Positions 12,521-27,700 of a stretch of DNA of 64,000 nt are shown here, piece by piece (the first letter of the stretch is position 1; each line of letters begins with the position of its first letter). Origin of the DNA: Amphiscolops sp. MND2022 (lineage: Eukaryota); the NCBI GenBank assembly GCA_964187785.1, contig OZ076409.1, positions 85,252,001-85,316,000 on the forward strand, given 5' to 3'. The notes below the pieces were generated by a model. That model searched no databases. It was given only the letters and a program-made list of their open reading frames with translations, and was not told the origin of the DNA. Both the position numbers and the translations under genes were made by a program.

Positions 12521-15334
12521 GTTACCCCACCGATCAAGTTGCTTCCACACTTCAATTTCTCAACTACTCATATACACGCTAAATTTGACGTTAGTTTGTT
12601 GTTTACATTATGAAGAAATTGATTCGCATTCTAAAAAGGCGGTGAAAAAGATTGCGTCTTAGAGGCATTCAAAAATATACCAGCTTCGTAATGAAACCTC
12701 TAAAAGTTCAAGGCTTAGAATTGCAGCCAAACTTATTGTGCTCTTTTAGAGCCGCTTACTAAAAGCCGCTTGTACTGGGAAATATTTAGAAAAGTCTCCA
12801 ATGGTTTTAGAAAATCATAACAAAAGTTGGTGCCAACAAAAATGAACATGCAAAAAGTTCAAGCAATTTCAACACGGGAAAGCTCGGTGATGAAAGCAAG
12901 ATTCATCTTCAGAACGTGCTTTGGTAAAACCACAAAACACCCACAATTGAAAGACAAAAGAATCAATTAAAATGAAAACGGATTATTTTTTGCGAACTAA
13001 TTTTGCAATTTCCTGTGACTTGTTGCATGACTACCCTAGTTAAATAGTATTTAAGTTTTTCATGTTGCATTCATGCATGCATTCTAAACTTTTTTGGTAA
13101 ACATGGAAAATACTCAGAGCACGCATGGATTTTGTAAATTTTGTAAACCACGCAAAAGCCCCCACTGTATGCCCCCATGCAACCTGTGAAATCCTCTAAA
13201 CAGATCCATGAACATTTTTTTGGATATAAATCCCTGTAGTACCAAACTCATTCCCAATTCGATCAGGCATCTGCAATTGCAGGAGGCCGAAAACTTTATG
13301 GAGCACAATTGCGAATCTCACGTCTAATGCTAACTGGAATGTGCTAATGGTAATTTTGATACTTTGCAACTACAGTCAACAAGGAAAGTGCTGAAGAACT
13401 TACGGAAAAAAGCCAGTTCAGAGACTTCAAGACAATTCTTTTTTTGACAAAACCGTCAACGCCCAGAAAAAAGTAACGGAAAGCCTAGAGATAACAACCA
13501 AAAACACATTGGACTACTATTTCGGAGTTCCAAACAGACTGACAAAAGTTTGGGCTATTGCAATCACCTCTTTGAAATAATTAACACATTCCAATAGAAA
13601 ATTATCGAAACATTTGTCCTCTACGCGTATATACAATACAAGAGGCCACGATATACGACTACACGATATACGAATCCTTCAAATATACGATTACACGACA
13701 ATCCACCGGAAGCAACATGGAGTTTTTTTAAAACAAGAGGCTAAAAATGGAGAAAGTTATTGTGACGTTTTAAATGCTAACCGAATCACATGGTAATGCT
13801 ACAGAAAAGATTCAAACATAATTTATCAGATGTTTTTTTAATTAACCAGTGGATAATTATCCCCTTACTGTAATACAATTCAATAAATGGATATCATCAA
13901 GTATGATAAACAAACGGTATCAAAAATCTAAGCTTATATCAATTGTAATTTCATAAATAGAAGAATACTCAAGATATTTGAACAAATTGGGTTTTATAAA
14001 CAAGGATAACTTCAAGAAACGTTGAAGCTGGTAGAATAAGAACAAAACTGAAAATTTATAAATACATGATAGTGGATATAACACTTATTGCAATTGTTTG
14101 GTGGAACCTGTTAGCAAGTTTTGAACAATTATAACTAACGCACAAAAATAAGAATGTCTGACCTGGCAGGTACCCAAAAACAGTCAAGAAGACGGTTCAC
14201 GAGGAACCGACACAAAAGGGAACGCCGAAAGTAGAGAGAGACTGAAAAACGCCCAGAAATTACACAGGAAGAAAACATATTCACCCCCAATGTGAGATAC
14301 AGTCCAAATGTGTACCAAATGAGTTGAGAAGGGAATGCAGAAACCCACGGAGATGAGAAGACTAGTGCATTTTTGTAGGAAGTGTACCAGGGACACACAA
14401 AACTCGTTGAGACTGTTCTAGATGTTATCTCGGCTTACTATTGTTATTTGGTATTTGGAGATGTAAATCTGCTAGATCATCTGTTTTTATCACTCTCTAG
14501 ACATGATGTAATGAATTGCTGATTGCCTTTTTGGGTTTCCAGGAGTATGTAGGAAGTCACAGGAACACTGAGAACTGTTTTTACGTGCTTGTGGGTTGTG
14601 TCCGCACTTTGGGTGTGCCTTTGGGTGAGCTATAAATGAGGAGTCTCCTCGACGCTAGAAGAGTATCCCAAGGGTCCACTTCTGGGAGAAAAACGGATGT
14701 TTATTGTTCTAGTGAGACTTGTCAAGGCAACATAGACGTTGTCTCACCTCGTACGTACAATTTAGGATACGTATGCATGTGCGGTGATGCCTCTTGTGTG
14801 TAAAACTGGAACCAATCCGAGAACCACTGCCCCGGGCTATTGGCAAGGTAGTGCACTACGTCGACCTACGGCGGGGCAGCAAAGCGTTGAAGAAGTCATA
14901 TTATATATGGAATCGATAGCCCACCACAATACTTAAAGCAAATTGCGTACATTTTCGTAACGATAAGCCACGCAGAGGGGGTGTACGGACCCTTGGTAAA
15001 CAACCCCCGAATGTTATGTAAAACTTCAAGAGAAGACCCACGAACTTCCCAGAAAAGAAACTCCCACATATTAACCGACCAAACCTAAATAAGATACATG
15101 GAAGTAACATTATTCCCCCATTTCGCGCGGACGGTTGTTTGTTTATGATTCGCGAGACCGGACGCGAAAGAATGGCAAAAAACGACATTTGATCTAGGCT
15201 TGTAAAATCTCAATCCGATCGCGATATCTTGCTACGCTAGCGTAAATTGAATTGTAGTTGTGACCCATTCGGCGGTGCAAACCGCCCCAAATACACAAAA
15301 CAAACACAAAATATCACAAGAATAACACAAATCC

Positions 15335-18300
15335 CGAGCTTCTCGGAAACCTTTGATTTAGCATTGTGGGATCCTCCAGGTACCAAAGACAAGTTTTCCC
15401 TGCAAAAAACGACACCATTTTGAAGAATTTATTCTTGACATATCAACCGAACTTTTATTTGAATTACCCTCTATTTGAACACATAGAGTGCACAGTGACA
15501 CAGTACGTCTAATTAGTAACGGAACTCAATGTCGCGCTCCCAACACAAGTTTTATCGCTATATCGCCTCTACCAAGAGATCGCGTGGCAAAACTTCAAGC
15601 GTTTCTGACACCCCAACGCTGAGAACGAGGGTCGTGGACGTTTTTCCAAAAATTTTCAAAAACGCAAAAACCGTTAGAAAACCCTCTCACAAGTGTTCTA
15701 CCAATGCCACCGACCCCAAACGAGCGTTTTTCGACCTCACGCTTCCGTACCCATCCGCTATGCAAATCTCGTGAAGCTACGATCACTGGATCAACCCTCG
15801 ATCTTTTTGAAACCTACTTAAACGTCTTTTTTGGTAGTACCACCTACATGTGGAAGTCAATAACAAAAAAAACTGAAAAGGAGTGGTACGTGGATGCGCT
15901 CCACCACTTCTCGAAGGGGAAGGGAGACCACCACAAAACACTCCAACGAACCAGAAAAGCACGAACCGACCAAAATAGATGTCAGTATATCTCCTGAATA
16001 AACCTCTGATCCCAGGAAGAGGACTGGTCCGTCAATATATCTGAAGATTATCAAACACTTCGGAATGACTACAAGAACTACCCCGTAGTATTACTCCCTC
16101 CAAAGCAGATGATTCTAGGCCGTGGCCTAATTCCAATCGAACCAGAGGAGGACCAGAAAATACAGAGAGAGCAGGTTGCTCGAACACGACGAATCTGCCA
16201 AAAGCGACGAGTTTAGCGAGTTGTATCACAACAAACGTATTGCAAGAGATGGCCTATGTGAGAGGCATGAACTATGCAAGAACGCGTTTGCTAGAAGCTA
16301 CGGGCTCTAAGACTTCTGGAAAAAGAAAGACCCCAACGACCCCAACCCTACAGGCACAAACGGCATTGAGCCTCAATCACTGCATCACCCTCATCTGAAG
16401 CGACGTCAGGACGATCTTCAGCAAACATAGCTGTTCATGAAGCAGCTGTAGTACGCAAGGCCCTGTTAGAAACACAAATAGAGGGAGAATGATCTGTCGC
16501 TCGCTTAACCGAGGACAAGACAGAATGTGATCGTGAACATCAACCTATCGCAGACGAAATTGGGGCTGTGCAAAAAGAACTGCTAATATCGGCTGACAGA
16601 CATGCACAAGGACAAGACACAAGCTGCACAGATGAATGCTATGGCCAATGCATACTGGAAATGAAAGATCTACTAATGCAACGCGAGCTTCGCATGGACT
16701 CCCAATTGCAAGAATTGTGTTCAGAAAATTGGAGGATTGGTCCTGTATTAGAAAATTTGGAACCTCAAACTGAGAATATCGCCCCAAGGACTCATCACGA
16801 AGTGCTGACGCCTTACCATCCAATCGACCCATGAAAAAATTAACTCTTAAGTCAAGAGAATAGCCAACAACCTCAATAGACCTTTCCATCTCAAAACTAC
16901 CTCCAGTCGAGCACTGAAGTACGCACCTCTGCTAAAAACGAAAGCACCTTCGACGACTTATTGCGAAAAGTGTTCAGCTAGTGACCCAATAACCGTGGAG
17001 ACTTCGAGCCAGTCTCATTAAAGAGGCCCAAATGGATTCAGAGCAAGAGTGACCCCCAAGAAGCTAGACAAAAGGACCGCGCACCGAGAGAGTGAAAATG
17101 AACTGAAACACTTTAATGATACGGAGTCTTTCTGACCGTCACTTTCATTAGCATGTTGCTACCAATTGTTGCCATTACTAAAAATGAGTCTTAAGGTTGC
17201 TTAATCAAGCATCCGTGCTTGTGGCCCACTAACTATCGACTTGCCGAATTGACTGTGCAGTTACATATCGATCATCTAGAAGTTTTAGCTAGTGGCTAGT
17301 TTTTTCTCGTAACCTGAACCTGTGATGCAGGAATCTATCTTCGCCACCATCTCTATTTTTAAAGGCTGTTTGAGTGGCAATTTCAACAAAAAAAGCATAA
17401 TTCACACTACGGATAGCAGTAACATTCTGGAAAAGGTCAACGAGTACTCCTCAGGAGGCGGAATCCTCCTCTGACGGGACAACTTTTACCCGAAGGAGGC
17501 AAAATGGATCTATGGCAATGGGCGCCTGTGGCGGGCAAACACCCATGCTGTAGGTTCCTTCGGCTCTATGGTTCAACGGCGACAATGGTGAGAGCTTGTC
17601 GTTACATGGAAACACCATTTTATGGCGACCACAAAGGGATCGCGTCAGAGTACCCCCTAACAGTTTAAAAAGAATTGACCCTCTGGTGATGGACTCCAAG
17701 AACGACCAGACTCTGATGAAAGAAGAAAGAAGCAGAGTTTTTCAACGAGTTTTATTTTTTGTGTGTGTCTTTTGAGGCTTTGCGCCTGGTGGTTGACAAT
17801 AAGATTCTGAAAATGTAATGTAGTTTGTATTATTAACATGTTTTACAGGTACTCGTTGCAATCTTTCAATACTCTTAACGGGTCACTCAATATTTTGTCG
17901 GGCGAGCCTTAGTTAGGCCGCAGAACGTGTTAACAGGTATTTTGCAGCCTTTTTCAGCGTTTTTGGGCTGGGAGTGAGTGTCATGAAGAGGACGAACCTT
18001 GCTCAGACGATTCTTACAAATCGTCAAGTCGAGTGTACACGACTCATAAATCTCATTTCCTCTGTAGACGTGCTAGAGGGATGAACTTTGGTGGAATCGT
18101 AGTGCAAGTGTTAACGCTTCTAAAGGCACAAACCGTTTATGTTTAATCGGTCTAGATGAGAAGAAACAGGAAAGAAGACACGGCTCTCAAATCCGGGCTG
18201 TATGAATTTTCCTTGTTCGGTTAAAAAAATTTTTTGGTTGCTCCAAATTTCGTTTCCAATCATTGATAATGCTGATATAAGCCTCCTGCAAGTTAACGTG

Positions 18301-21300
18301 TGCTATTGTACTAGCTTTATAGCCAAATTATCATTTTTTAGCAATTTTTGGTAAAAGTGCTTATTTCGGAATTTTTGAGGCGAAACAACCTCATGGGCGT
18401 GAGCGCTCTTGGTGCTAACCACACAAATTGAGTGCAAAATTTTGTGAGGAAAAACCCGTTTTTGTAAAGGTGTCTTGGACCTCTGAGCACACCAAAACAA
18501 CGTTTTTAATTTAGGGCACATTTTAAGGCACAAAAACGCTATAAATTTTGCACTTTTGACTAGTTTAACCTTCGAAAGTCTTACAAAAACTATTTTGAAC
18601 CCCATTTTAGGGTAGTCCGAGGTAAAACGTAAATCTTTTGCTCAATAACAATTTTTTGCATGCGATAGCCTGCAGTCTATCATCATCAATTACTACATAA
18701 AAATTTCAACGCTCGAACGCGAAAATCGCTCCAAAACTTTCCTCTTCAGTGTCGAGAAAACTCGAAAAATGTACTGAAAACGTTCAAAATCTAAACTATC
18801 TGGACTATCTCCAAAGTGCGATAGAGTCACCTAAAAAGTGACCCCCTCTAAAACACGGTTGGTTCATAACAACTGTCACCGAAATAAACGTCTCACTGCG
18901 AAACTTGGTGTATAATACCCACCAGACCAGAAAAAATTTGCCCTCGTATCCCTATTTTGGAGGTGTTAGCGGTGCTTCTTCGAAAAATTAGGGTAGCTTC
19001 CGAGCTTTCTCTAAACATTTGAATTAGCATTGTGGGGCCTCCAGGTACCAAAGATAAATTTTATCTGATCCCAGGAAGAGGACTGGTCCGTAAATTTATC
19101 TGAAGATTATCAAACAAAGGCGGTAACGAGGGCAACTACAACCATCGGAGAATCTTCTGACGAGGAAGAGAGTCAAACTCACACTTCGAAATGACTACAA
19201 GAACTACCCCGTAGTATTACTCCCTCCAAAGCAGATGATTCTAGGCTGTGGCCTAATTCCAATCGAACCAGAGGAGGACCAGAGATTACAGAGAGAGCAG
19301 GTTGCTCGAACACGACGAATCTGCCGGAAGCGACGAGTATAGCGAGTTGTATCACAACAAACGTATTGCAAGAGATGGCCTATATGAGAGGCATGAACTA
19401 TGCAAGAACGTGTTTGCTAGAAGCTACGGGCTCTAAGACCTCTGGAAAAAGAAAGACCCCAACGACCCCAACCCTACTGGCACAAACGGCATTGCGCCTC
19501 AATCACTGCATCACCCGCATCTGAAGCGACGTCAGGACGATCTTCAGCAAACATAGCTGTACATGAAGCAGCTGTAGTACGCAAGGCCCTGTTAGAAACA
19601 CAATTAGAGAGCGAATGATCTGTCTCTCGCTTAACCAAGACAGAATGTGATCGTGAACATCAACCTATCGCAGAAGAAATTGGGGCTGTGCAGAAAGAAC
19701 TGCTAATATCGGCTGACAGACATGCACAAGGACAAGACACAAGCTGCACAGATGAATGCTATGGCCAATGCATACTGGAAATGAAAGATCTACTAATGCA
19801 ACGCGAGCTTCGCATGGACTCCCAATTGCAAGAATTGTGTTCAGAAATTTGGAGGATTGGTCCTGTCTTAAAAAAATGCAACCTCAAACTGAGAATATCG
19901 CCCCAAGGACTCATTAGAAGTGCTGACGCCTTACCATCCAAATGACCCATGAAAAATTTAACTCTTAAGTCAAGAGAATAGCCAACAAACTCAATAGACC
20001 TCTCCATCTCAAAACTACCTCCAGTCGAGCACAAACGAAGCTCTGCCACTGAAGTACGCACCTCTGCTAAAAACGAAAGCACCTTCGACGACTTATTGCA
20101 AAAAGTGTTCAGCTAGTGACCCAATAACCGTGGAGACTTCGAGCCAGTCTCATTAAAGAGGCCCAAATCGATTCAGAGCAAGAGTGACCCCCAAGAAACT
20201 AGTCAAAAGGACCGCGCACCGAGAGAGTGAAAATGAACTGAAACACGTTAATGATACGGAGTCTTTCTGACCGTCACTTTCATTAGCATGTTGCTACCAA
20301 TTGTTGCCATTACTAAAATGAGTCTTAAGGTTGCTTAATCAAGCATCCGTGCTTGTGGCCCACTAACTATCGACTTGCCGAATTGACTGTGCAGTTACAT
20401 ATCGATCATCTAGAAGTTTTAGCTAGTGGCTAGTTTTTTTTCGTAACCTGAACCTGTGATGCAGGAATCTATCTTCGCCACCATCTCTATATTTAAAGGC
20501 TGTTTGAGTGGCAATTTCAACAAAAAAAGCGTAATTCACACTACGGATAGCAGTAACATTCTAGAAAAGGTCAACGAGTACTCCTCAGGAGGCGGAATCC
20601 TCCTCTGACGGGACAACCTTTACCCGAAGGACGCAAAATGGATCTATGGCAATGGGCGCCTGTGGCGGGCAAACACCCATGCTGTAGGTTCCTTCGGCTC
20701 TATGGTTCAACGGCGACAATGGTGAGAGGTTGTCGTTACATGGAGACAACAGTTTATGGCGACCACAAAGGGATCGCGTCAGAGTACACTAACAGTTTAA
20801 AAAGAATTGACCCTCTGGTGATGGACTTCAAGAACGACCAGACTGCTGAAAGAAGAAAGAAGCAGAGTTTCTCAACGAGTTTTATCTTTTGTGTGTGTCT
20901 TTTGAGGCTTTGCGCCTGGTGGTTGACAATAAGATTCTGAAAATGTAATGTAGTTTGCATTATTAACATGTTTTACAGGTACTCGTTGCAATCTTTCAAT
21001 ACTCTTAACGGGTTACTCAATAATTTGTCGGGCGAGCCTTAGTTAGGCCGCAAAACGTGTTAACAGGTGTTTTGCAGCCTTTTTCAGCGTTTTTGGGCTG
21101 GGAGTGAGTGTCATGAAGAGGACGAACCTTGCTCAGACGATTCTTACAAATCGTCAAGTCGAGTGTACACGACTCATAAATCTCATTTCCTCTGTAGACG
21201 TGCAAGAGGGATGAACTTTGGTGGAATCGTAGTGCAAGTGTTAACGCTTCTAAAGGCACAAACCGTTTATGTTTAATCGGTCTAGATGAGAAGAAACAGG

Positions 21301-24030
21301 AAAGAAGACACGGCTCTCAAATCCGGGCTGTATGAATTTTCCTTGTTCGGTTAAAAAAATTTTTTGGTTTCTCCAAATTTCGTTTCCAATCATTGATAAT
21401 GCTGATATAAGCCTCCTGCAAGTTAACGTGTGCTATTGTACTAGCTTTATAGCTAAAAGATCATTTATCAGGAATTTTTGGAAAAAAGGGCTTATTTCGG
21501 AATTTTTGAGGCGAAACACCTTCATGAGCGTGAGCGCTCTCGGTGCTAACCACACCCTTGCGGAACCAGAACAACAGTAGCTCAAAATACTCATGGATTC
21601 ACAAAAAAACGTTTGAAAGCTCAAAGTTGCCAATTGGAGCACTTAGTGCAAAATTTTGTATGGAAAAACCCGTTTTTGTAAAAACCCACTTGAGCTTGGC
21701 AAAAAGCGGCCCTTTGGAAAGGTGTCTTGGACCTCTGAGCACACCAAAACCACGTTTTTAGTTTAGGGCACATTTTGAGGCACAAAAACGCTATAAATTT
21801 TGCATTTTTGACTAGTTTAACCTTCGAAAGTCTAAAGAAAACTATTTTGAAACCCATTTTAGGGTACTCCGAAGTAAAACGTAAATCATTTGCTCAATAA
21901 CAATTTTATGCATGCGATAGCCTGCAGTCTATCATCATCAATTACTACATAAAAATTTCAACGCTCGAACGCGAAAACCGCTCCAAAACTTTCCTCTTCA
22001 GTGTCGAGAAAACTCGGAAAATGTACTGAAAACGTTCAAAATCTAAACTACCTGGACTATCTCCAAAGTGCGATAGAGTCACCTAAAAATTGACCCTCTC
22101 TAAAACACGGATGGTTCATAACAACAGTCACCGAAACAAACGTCTGACTGCGAAACTTGGTGTATATTACCCACCAGACCAGAGAAAATTTGCCCTCGTA
22201 TCCCTATTTTGAAGGTGTTAGCGGTGCTTCTTCGAAAAATTAGGGTAGCTTCCGAGCTTTCTCTAAACCTTCGAATTAGCATTGTGGGGCCTCCAGGCAC
22301 CAAAAATAAATTTTCCCTGCAAAAAATTCCACCATTGTGAAGCATTTATTCTTGACATATCATCCGCAATTTTATTTGAAATACCCTCTATTTGATCACA
22401 TAGAGTGCACAGTGACACAGTACGTCTAATCGGTAACGAAACTCCACCCTGCGCTCTCAACACAAATTTTATCACAATATTTCATCTCCCGTATAGCAAT
22501 AGATTGTGTGGCAAATTTTCAAGCGTTTCCGATGTCCCACCGCTGAGAACGAAGCTCGTGGATATTTTTTCAGAAACTTTTCAAAAACGCAAAAACGTTA
22601 GAAAACCATCTCACACGTGCTCTACCAACCCCACCGACCCCAAACGGACGTTTTTCGACCTCACGCTTTCATTTGAATCCGCTGTGCAAAATTCCTGAAG
22701 CTACGATCACTGGATCAAACTTCGACCTTTTTGAAACCTACTTGAACGTCTTTTTTGGTAGTACCACCTACATGTGGAAGTCAATAACAAAAACAACTGA
22801 AATGGAGTGGTACGTGGTTGCGCTCTACCACTTCTCGAAGGAGGAGGGAGACCACCACAAATTACTCCAACGAACCAGCAAAGCAGGAACCGACCAAAAT
22901 AGATGTCAGTATATCTCCTGAATAAACCTCTGATCCCAGGAAGAGGACTGGTCCTTAAATTTATCTGAAGATTATCAAACAAAGGCGGTAACGAGGGCAA
23001 CTAGAACCATCGCAGAATCTTCTGACGAGGTAGAGAGTCAAATTCATACATCGAAATGACTACAAGAACTACCCCGTAGTATTACTCCCTCCAATGCAAA
23101 TGATTCTAGGCCGTGACCTAATTCCAATCGAACCAGAGGAGAACCAGAGAATACAGAAAGAGCAGGTTGCTCGAACACGACGAATGTGCCGAAAGCGACG
23201 AGTACAGCGAGTTTTATCACAACAAACGTATTGCAAGAGATGGCCCATGTGGGAGGCATCAAATATGCAAGAACGCGTTTGCTAGAAGCTACGTGCTCTC
23301 AGACCTCTGGAAAAGGAAAGATCCCAAACAACACCCAACCCTACTGGCACAAACGGCAACAAGTGGACCGCATGGCGCCTCACGCTCTGCATCACCCTCA
23401 TCTGAAGCGACGTCAGGACGATCTTCAGCATACATAGCTGTACATGAAGCAGCTGTAGCACGCAAGGCCCTTTTAGAAACTCAAATAGAGGCAGAATGAT
23501 CTGTCGCTCGCTTGTCCGAGGACAAGACAGAATGTGATTGTGAACATCAACCTATCGCAGAAAAATTTGGGACTGTGCAAAATGAACTGCGAGTATCGGC
23601 TGACAGACATGCACAAGGACAAGACACTCAGGCTGCACAGATGAATGCTAGGGCCTCCGCATCCGGGAAATGAAAGATTTACTAATGCAACGCGAGCTTC
23701 GCTTGGAATCCCAATTGCAAGAACTCGGTGCAGAAATTCAGAGGATGGGTGCTGTTTTGAGAAATTTTGCAACCTCACTCTGAGAATTTTGCCCCAAGGA
23801 CTCATCACGAAATGCTGACGCCTTACCATCCAAACGACCCATTAAAAACTTAACTCTTAAGTCAAGAGAATGGTCAACAACCCCAATAGACCTCTCGATC
23901 TTAAAACTATCTCCAGTCCAGCACAAACGAAGCTCTGCCACTGAAGTACGCACTTCTGCTAAAAGCAAAAGCACCGTCGACGACTTATTGCAAAAAGTGT
24001 TCAGCTAGTGACCCAATAACCATTGAGACT
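15335..24030 (+). repeat. Tandem triplication of a Gypsy LTR/leader/gag-5' block (units ~15335-19000, ~19000-22250, ~22250-24030)
   Basis: Anchor CCGAGCTT..TTAGCATTGTGGG.CCTCCAGG at ~15335, ~19000 and ~22252. ORFs 16568 and 19688 are near identical. Unit 2 lacks ~600 bp at 19063. Only unit 3 continues into full gag. Confidence 0.9.
20140..20740 (+). mobile_element. Partial LTR (second copy 17010-17606), diverged relative of the 50198-50946 LTR, followed by a PBS at 20757-20773 (17623-17639)
   Basis: Collinear matches to the reverse complement of 50198-50800 (AGCATGTTGCTACC, AAAATGAGTCTT, TTTTAGCTAG, TAAAGGCT, TAGCAGT); ends TTGTCGTTACA; then TGGCGACCACAAAGGGA. Confidence 0.75.
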
Positions 24031-27000
24031 TCGAGTATGGGTTTCACCGACCTACGAGCACCACTGTACATCGACACCACAATCCAAATGACTACTACCT
24101 TCCGATCTGCCAATAATATGTTTTTGTGAGTAACCGAAGCATTCCACACTGCGAACGATGAGTTGCACGCGGGCAACCCATGTGCTAGCAGGATTCGCCG
24201 AAAAGATGTACTAACTGTAGGTGCTTCCGATGAATCAGTTAATCAGTTAAGTCCACAAGTGGCAGCAGCCTCATTCCACCCGCTGCTAATAAGGACGCAC
24301 CGACATCCCCTGAACAACTAAGATTCACCGAAGCAATATCGAAGGGAATGTCCAACAAATTTGCATCAATGATAGCATACAGAGACCAAACCCGAGCCAG
24401 ACCTACAGTGTATTAAGGCACAAAGGACGGCACGGTAGATGGATGTCTCTTGTTGATGAGACAGTTTCCTCAACGTGTACTTGCCAAATCTGCCGAAATA
24501 GTCAAAGCATGTGCAAAAATCGATCACTTAAAAAGTGAAGCAAGGAATTATATCACCAACAATTCTGAACCAGAACGAAATGATCCTGAAAAGGATGTCT
24601 TTACCCTCCTAGCCAGCAGGTTTGGAACCGGAAGTAACAGAATGCACATAAGACAGACTTTCATTTCACGTGTCCAACAAGAGAAGGAAGACTGGATGCA
24701 ATACCTAGATGCTCTTGAAGACCTACGAACTCAAGGGTTCCCAGACGGGCCTAACACAACTGACATTACGATACATGAGCCGCAATGAACTCGCTAGTTC
24801 GATACGTAGCAAATCACAACGCGTTGTTATTTTAAATACTCATTACGCTTCGATACTCGTTACACTATCTGACTAATCGTTTCACTCAAGGATTAAAATT
24901 CGTGGTTTGACTCGTTTACACAATATCCACTTACACACTTTGACAAATTTCCATTTCGCACATCTATACCGAGTTTAATTGAAACTCACTTCAGTCTGGT
25001 TCACATTTGGACCAGTAAACACTAATTGATGGGTTTACACAGTGTAAAATAATCAAAGTGTGTAATTCCAGGTAACTTTGACGACATCATTTTAATACAC
25101 GTTAACATAGTAATGTGTTACTTAAGTTAATTAGGTTAACGTGTTAAACAATCAAACTGGATTGCTTCTCAAATCCCATTGATTTAACTCAATCAATTTC
25201 GTCAAGAATTCAATATGGTATACTATTCGGATGAGTAAAACATTCATAAGGGTTATGACAAATTCCTCTTCGACTATTTCCAAATTATTGAAATAGTAAC
25301 GGAAATGAAGAATTAATGAAGCTCTTACACGCGAATTAGCTGTAAACAAATGTGTAGATTATATTCGTTTTTATCTCTATTTGTCGGACAGTTCCTTTTT
25401 TCAGGTTCACAAACAGTTGCATTGATGATATTTTTGATAATTAAAAACGCTAAAAGTTCGCAAAACGTTTAGTTGACATGTACAATATATAGTATATTTT
25501 TGAATTTTTCATTTGTAAATTATAATTGTTGTTATCTCGAAAAATTTATTTACTTAACTCTCTTTTACATCTTTAAAGTTTTTCCTCTAAACAATGTGTG
25601 GATCATAATTGCTGTTATCTCTTTGTAGGAATGTTGCTCTTTACGGTTCGCAGAAAATATCCTTGATGATGTTTTTGATCTTTTACAACGTTGCTCTTGA
25701 CAAGGTTGCTGAATGGACGGCTGTTGCAATGTCCTTAAAATTTAAAGAAGATTGAGCAGTACCCTCAACTTTAACAGGAATTTAGTTGTTAAAGCTACTC
25801 TTGTATCAAATGAAAATTTCAAGACCATGCATTTTTACAAAATCCATGTCAAGGAGCATTGTTAACTGGTATATAAGTTATGTTTGATAATTTTTCACTT
25901 AAATCCATGCTCCCGTTTTTTTCTTTCATGATCAAACATTCTAAATTTGTGAATTTTACAGTTGGATACGTCCCGGAACCTGTCCTATTGGACAGCGTGC
26001 TGTCGATCGTCACTGCAACTGTGACAAATGTGAAGAGATGATTTTTCGACCGCCATACTTGCTTGTGTTCTTAGTTTGACTTCCATTTTACTGGCTGTGA
26101 TGAGCTCGATATAGTATGGATACTATTAGCAGGCAAACAGCGGAAATGAAGTTTACGAACTTGTATCTCCAGCTCGTAAAACGACAGTTATTCTTACATA
26201 CAGCTCATGACAGTCCGTAAACTGAACGATAAATAAATTTCATAAATAAACAGGAAAATAGTAATAAAAGGCACGATAAAATAAAAGATAATCTTATCTC
26301 TTGCACATCACAGTCCCTAAAATGGAAGATAACAATTTCATTAAAATCGATGCGTTGAAAGTGTATTGAATGTAAACAGTGAAAACAGTCAAACTTTAGT
26401 GTAAATCAATCAACTTAAACAGCGTAAAACAGTGTAAAACAATCGAACTATAGTGTAAATCAATCAAGTTAATCAATTAGGCAGCGTAAAACAGTCACAG
26501 TTGTTACGGAGTGAATTCAAATCTGAAGCGTAAGCACGAGATTATTTCTAAAATCGTGAAAAAATGAAATCTTGTTGAAGTTCGACTGTTTACACTTGAC
26601 ACAATTTCTTCATTGGAATACTCTCTTTACGACAACACTTCATGACTGAACTTCGTGAGTCTGCATTACACAGCTGACTGAAATACGCAAAAAATAGCTA
26701 TAACAAATTACACTCCTTGACTAAAAACCTTGTTCGAGATAGTTTTTCACCGGAAACATACTACACATGATGATAAAATTTCATTTTTCTGGCTCGTGTA
26801 TCGTACTGAAAGGTTATGAAATCTTGCAATGTTTTACTGAGGGTGTTCGGGATCCCCTACTACCCCAAGGGTTAGCTGTAGTACATGCGACAGAACGCTA
26901 CGTGACTGAGCCACCCACTGTAGAATCCTTGCGATCCATGAGAGTTACAAAGACAAAGACCTTCAGCAACTAAACCTTATGATCCCAGACATGCTAAGAG

Positions 27001-27700
27001 GTCGCGACTTCATCCCTTCATGACTGCCACGATGGTCTACCCTGCACCTGAAATGCCAAAAAACGTACTACCCCTGCCTCCAGCACCGCAAAACATGAAG
27101 CCAGTAGCACCTTAACCTAGTGCTCACTCCGTGAAGCAAATGCCAGTACCTCCACAGCCATTGCAAGCCCCCCAAGGTACATGTTTCAACTGTGGTCAGC
27201 TAGATGTCCTGCTAGAGATTGAGCTAGGAAACCGCTGAACCCTCCCGCCCATGACGACGAGCGAATAAACTACTGTGAGAATACTGTGGCCTCTCAATGT
27301 ACCGTCCCCATATTTTGCTCAAATTGTGGCACGACCAAACACTCGGTCCCCAATACCAAAATCTGGCAGTACAAGATCACATGGCCTACAGCCTCTGGGC
27401 CAAACCGTCGCCTACCTCGCATGAAACAAGTGATAATGAAGTGGTCTTGATGCTGCGATCAGCTGAGGCGGCCCACATAGCAACGCTTTTGACAATCACA
27501 TATGGAAAGCTTCAAATTCGAAGAAGCCCAGGTAGGTGGTGAATCACTAACCGCCCCGGTAGCAATAGCTCAAGACATTATCTTGCAAACTTTCGAACGC
27601 ACTATTTTACGTGCGAAGTTAATAACCGATAACTAAGAACTGTTCATATTTCGAAATGTTTCAATAAATTTTTAGGAGCCGACTCGCATTCTAAAACATT
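22930..27700 (+). pseudogene. gag: Ty3/Gypsy gag, decayed, split by the insertion at 24764-26808
   Basis: Coiled coil (ARKALLETQIEAE, MKDLLMQRELRMDSQLQEL in the duplicate copies); capsid-like DPEKDVFTLLASRFGTGSNRMHIRQTFISRVQQEKEDWMQYLDALEDLRTQGFP continuing as KGYEILQCFTEGVRDP after the insertion; partial zinc knuckle CFNCGQ at ~27182. Confidence 0.8.
24764..26808. mobile_element. Non-autonomous CMC/CACTA-like DNA transposon inserted in gag
   Basis: TIRs CATTACGATACATGAGCC / CAGTACGATACACGAGCC; GA/AA flanks (2-bp TSD with one mismatch); subterminal GTGTAAA repeats; removing it restores gag PNTT-KGYEILQ. Related ends at ~36030-36081 and ~41750-41820. Confidence 0.8.

Noticed and set aside
13000..13710. 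Possible MULE transposase tail and terminal repeats
   Set aside because: Motifs are too eroded to call; only short ACGATATACG repeats are certain.
14374..15330. Possible short LTR (TGTAGG at 14549 to CCTAC at ~14869, TATAAA at 14631)
   Set aside because: No second copy, terminal CA missing, no TSD.
17700..17740. Hammerhead core CTGATGA...GAAA
   Set aside because: No stem II, and the motif is not kept in the duplicate at ~20840. Other CTGATGA sites checked also lack the core.
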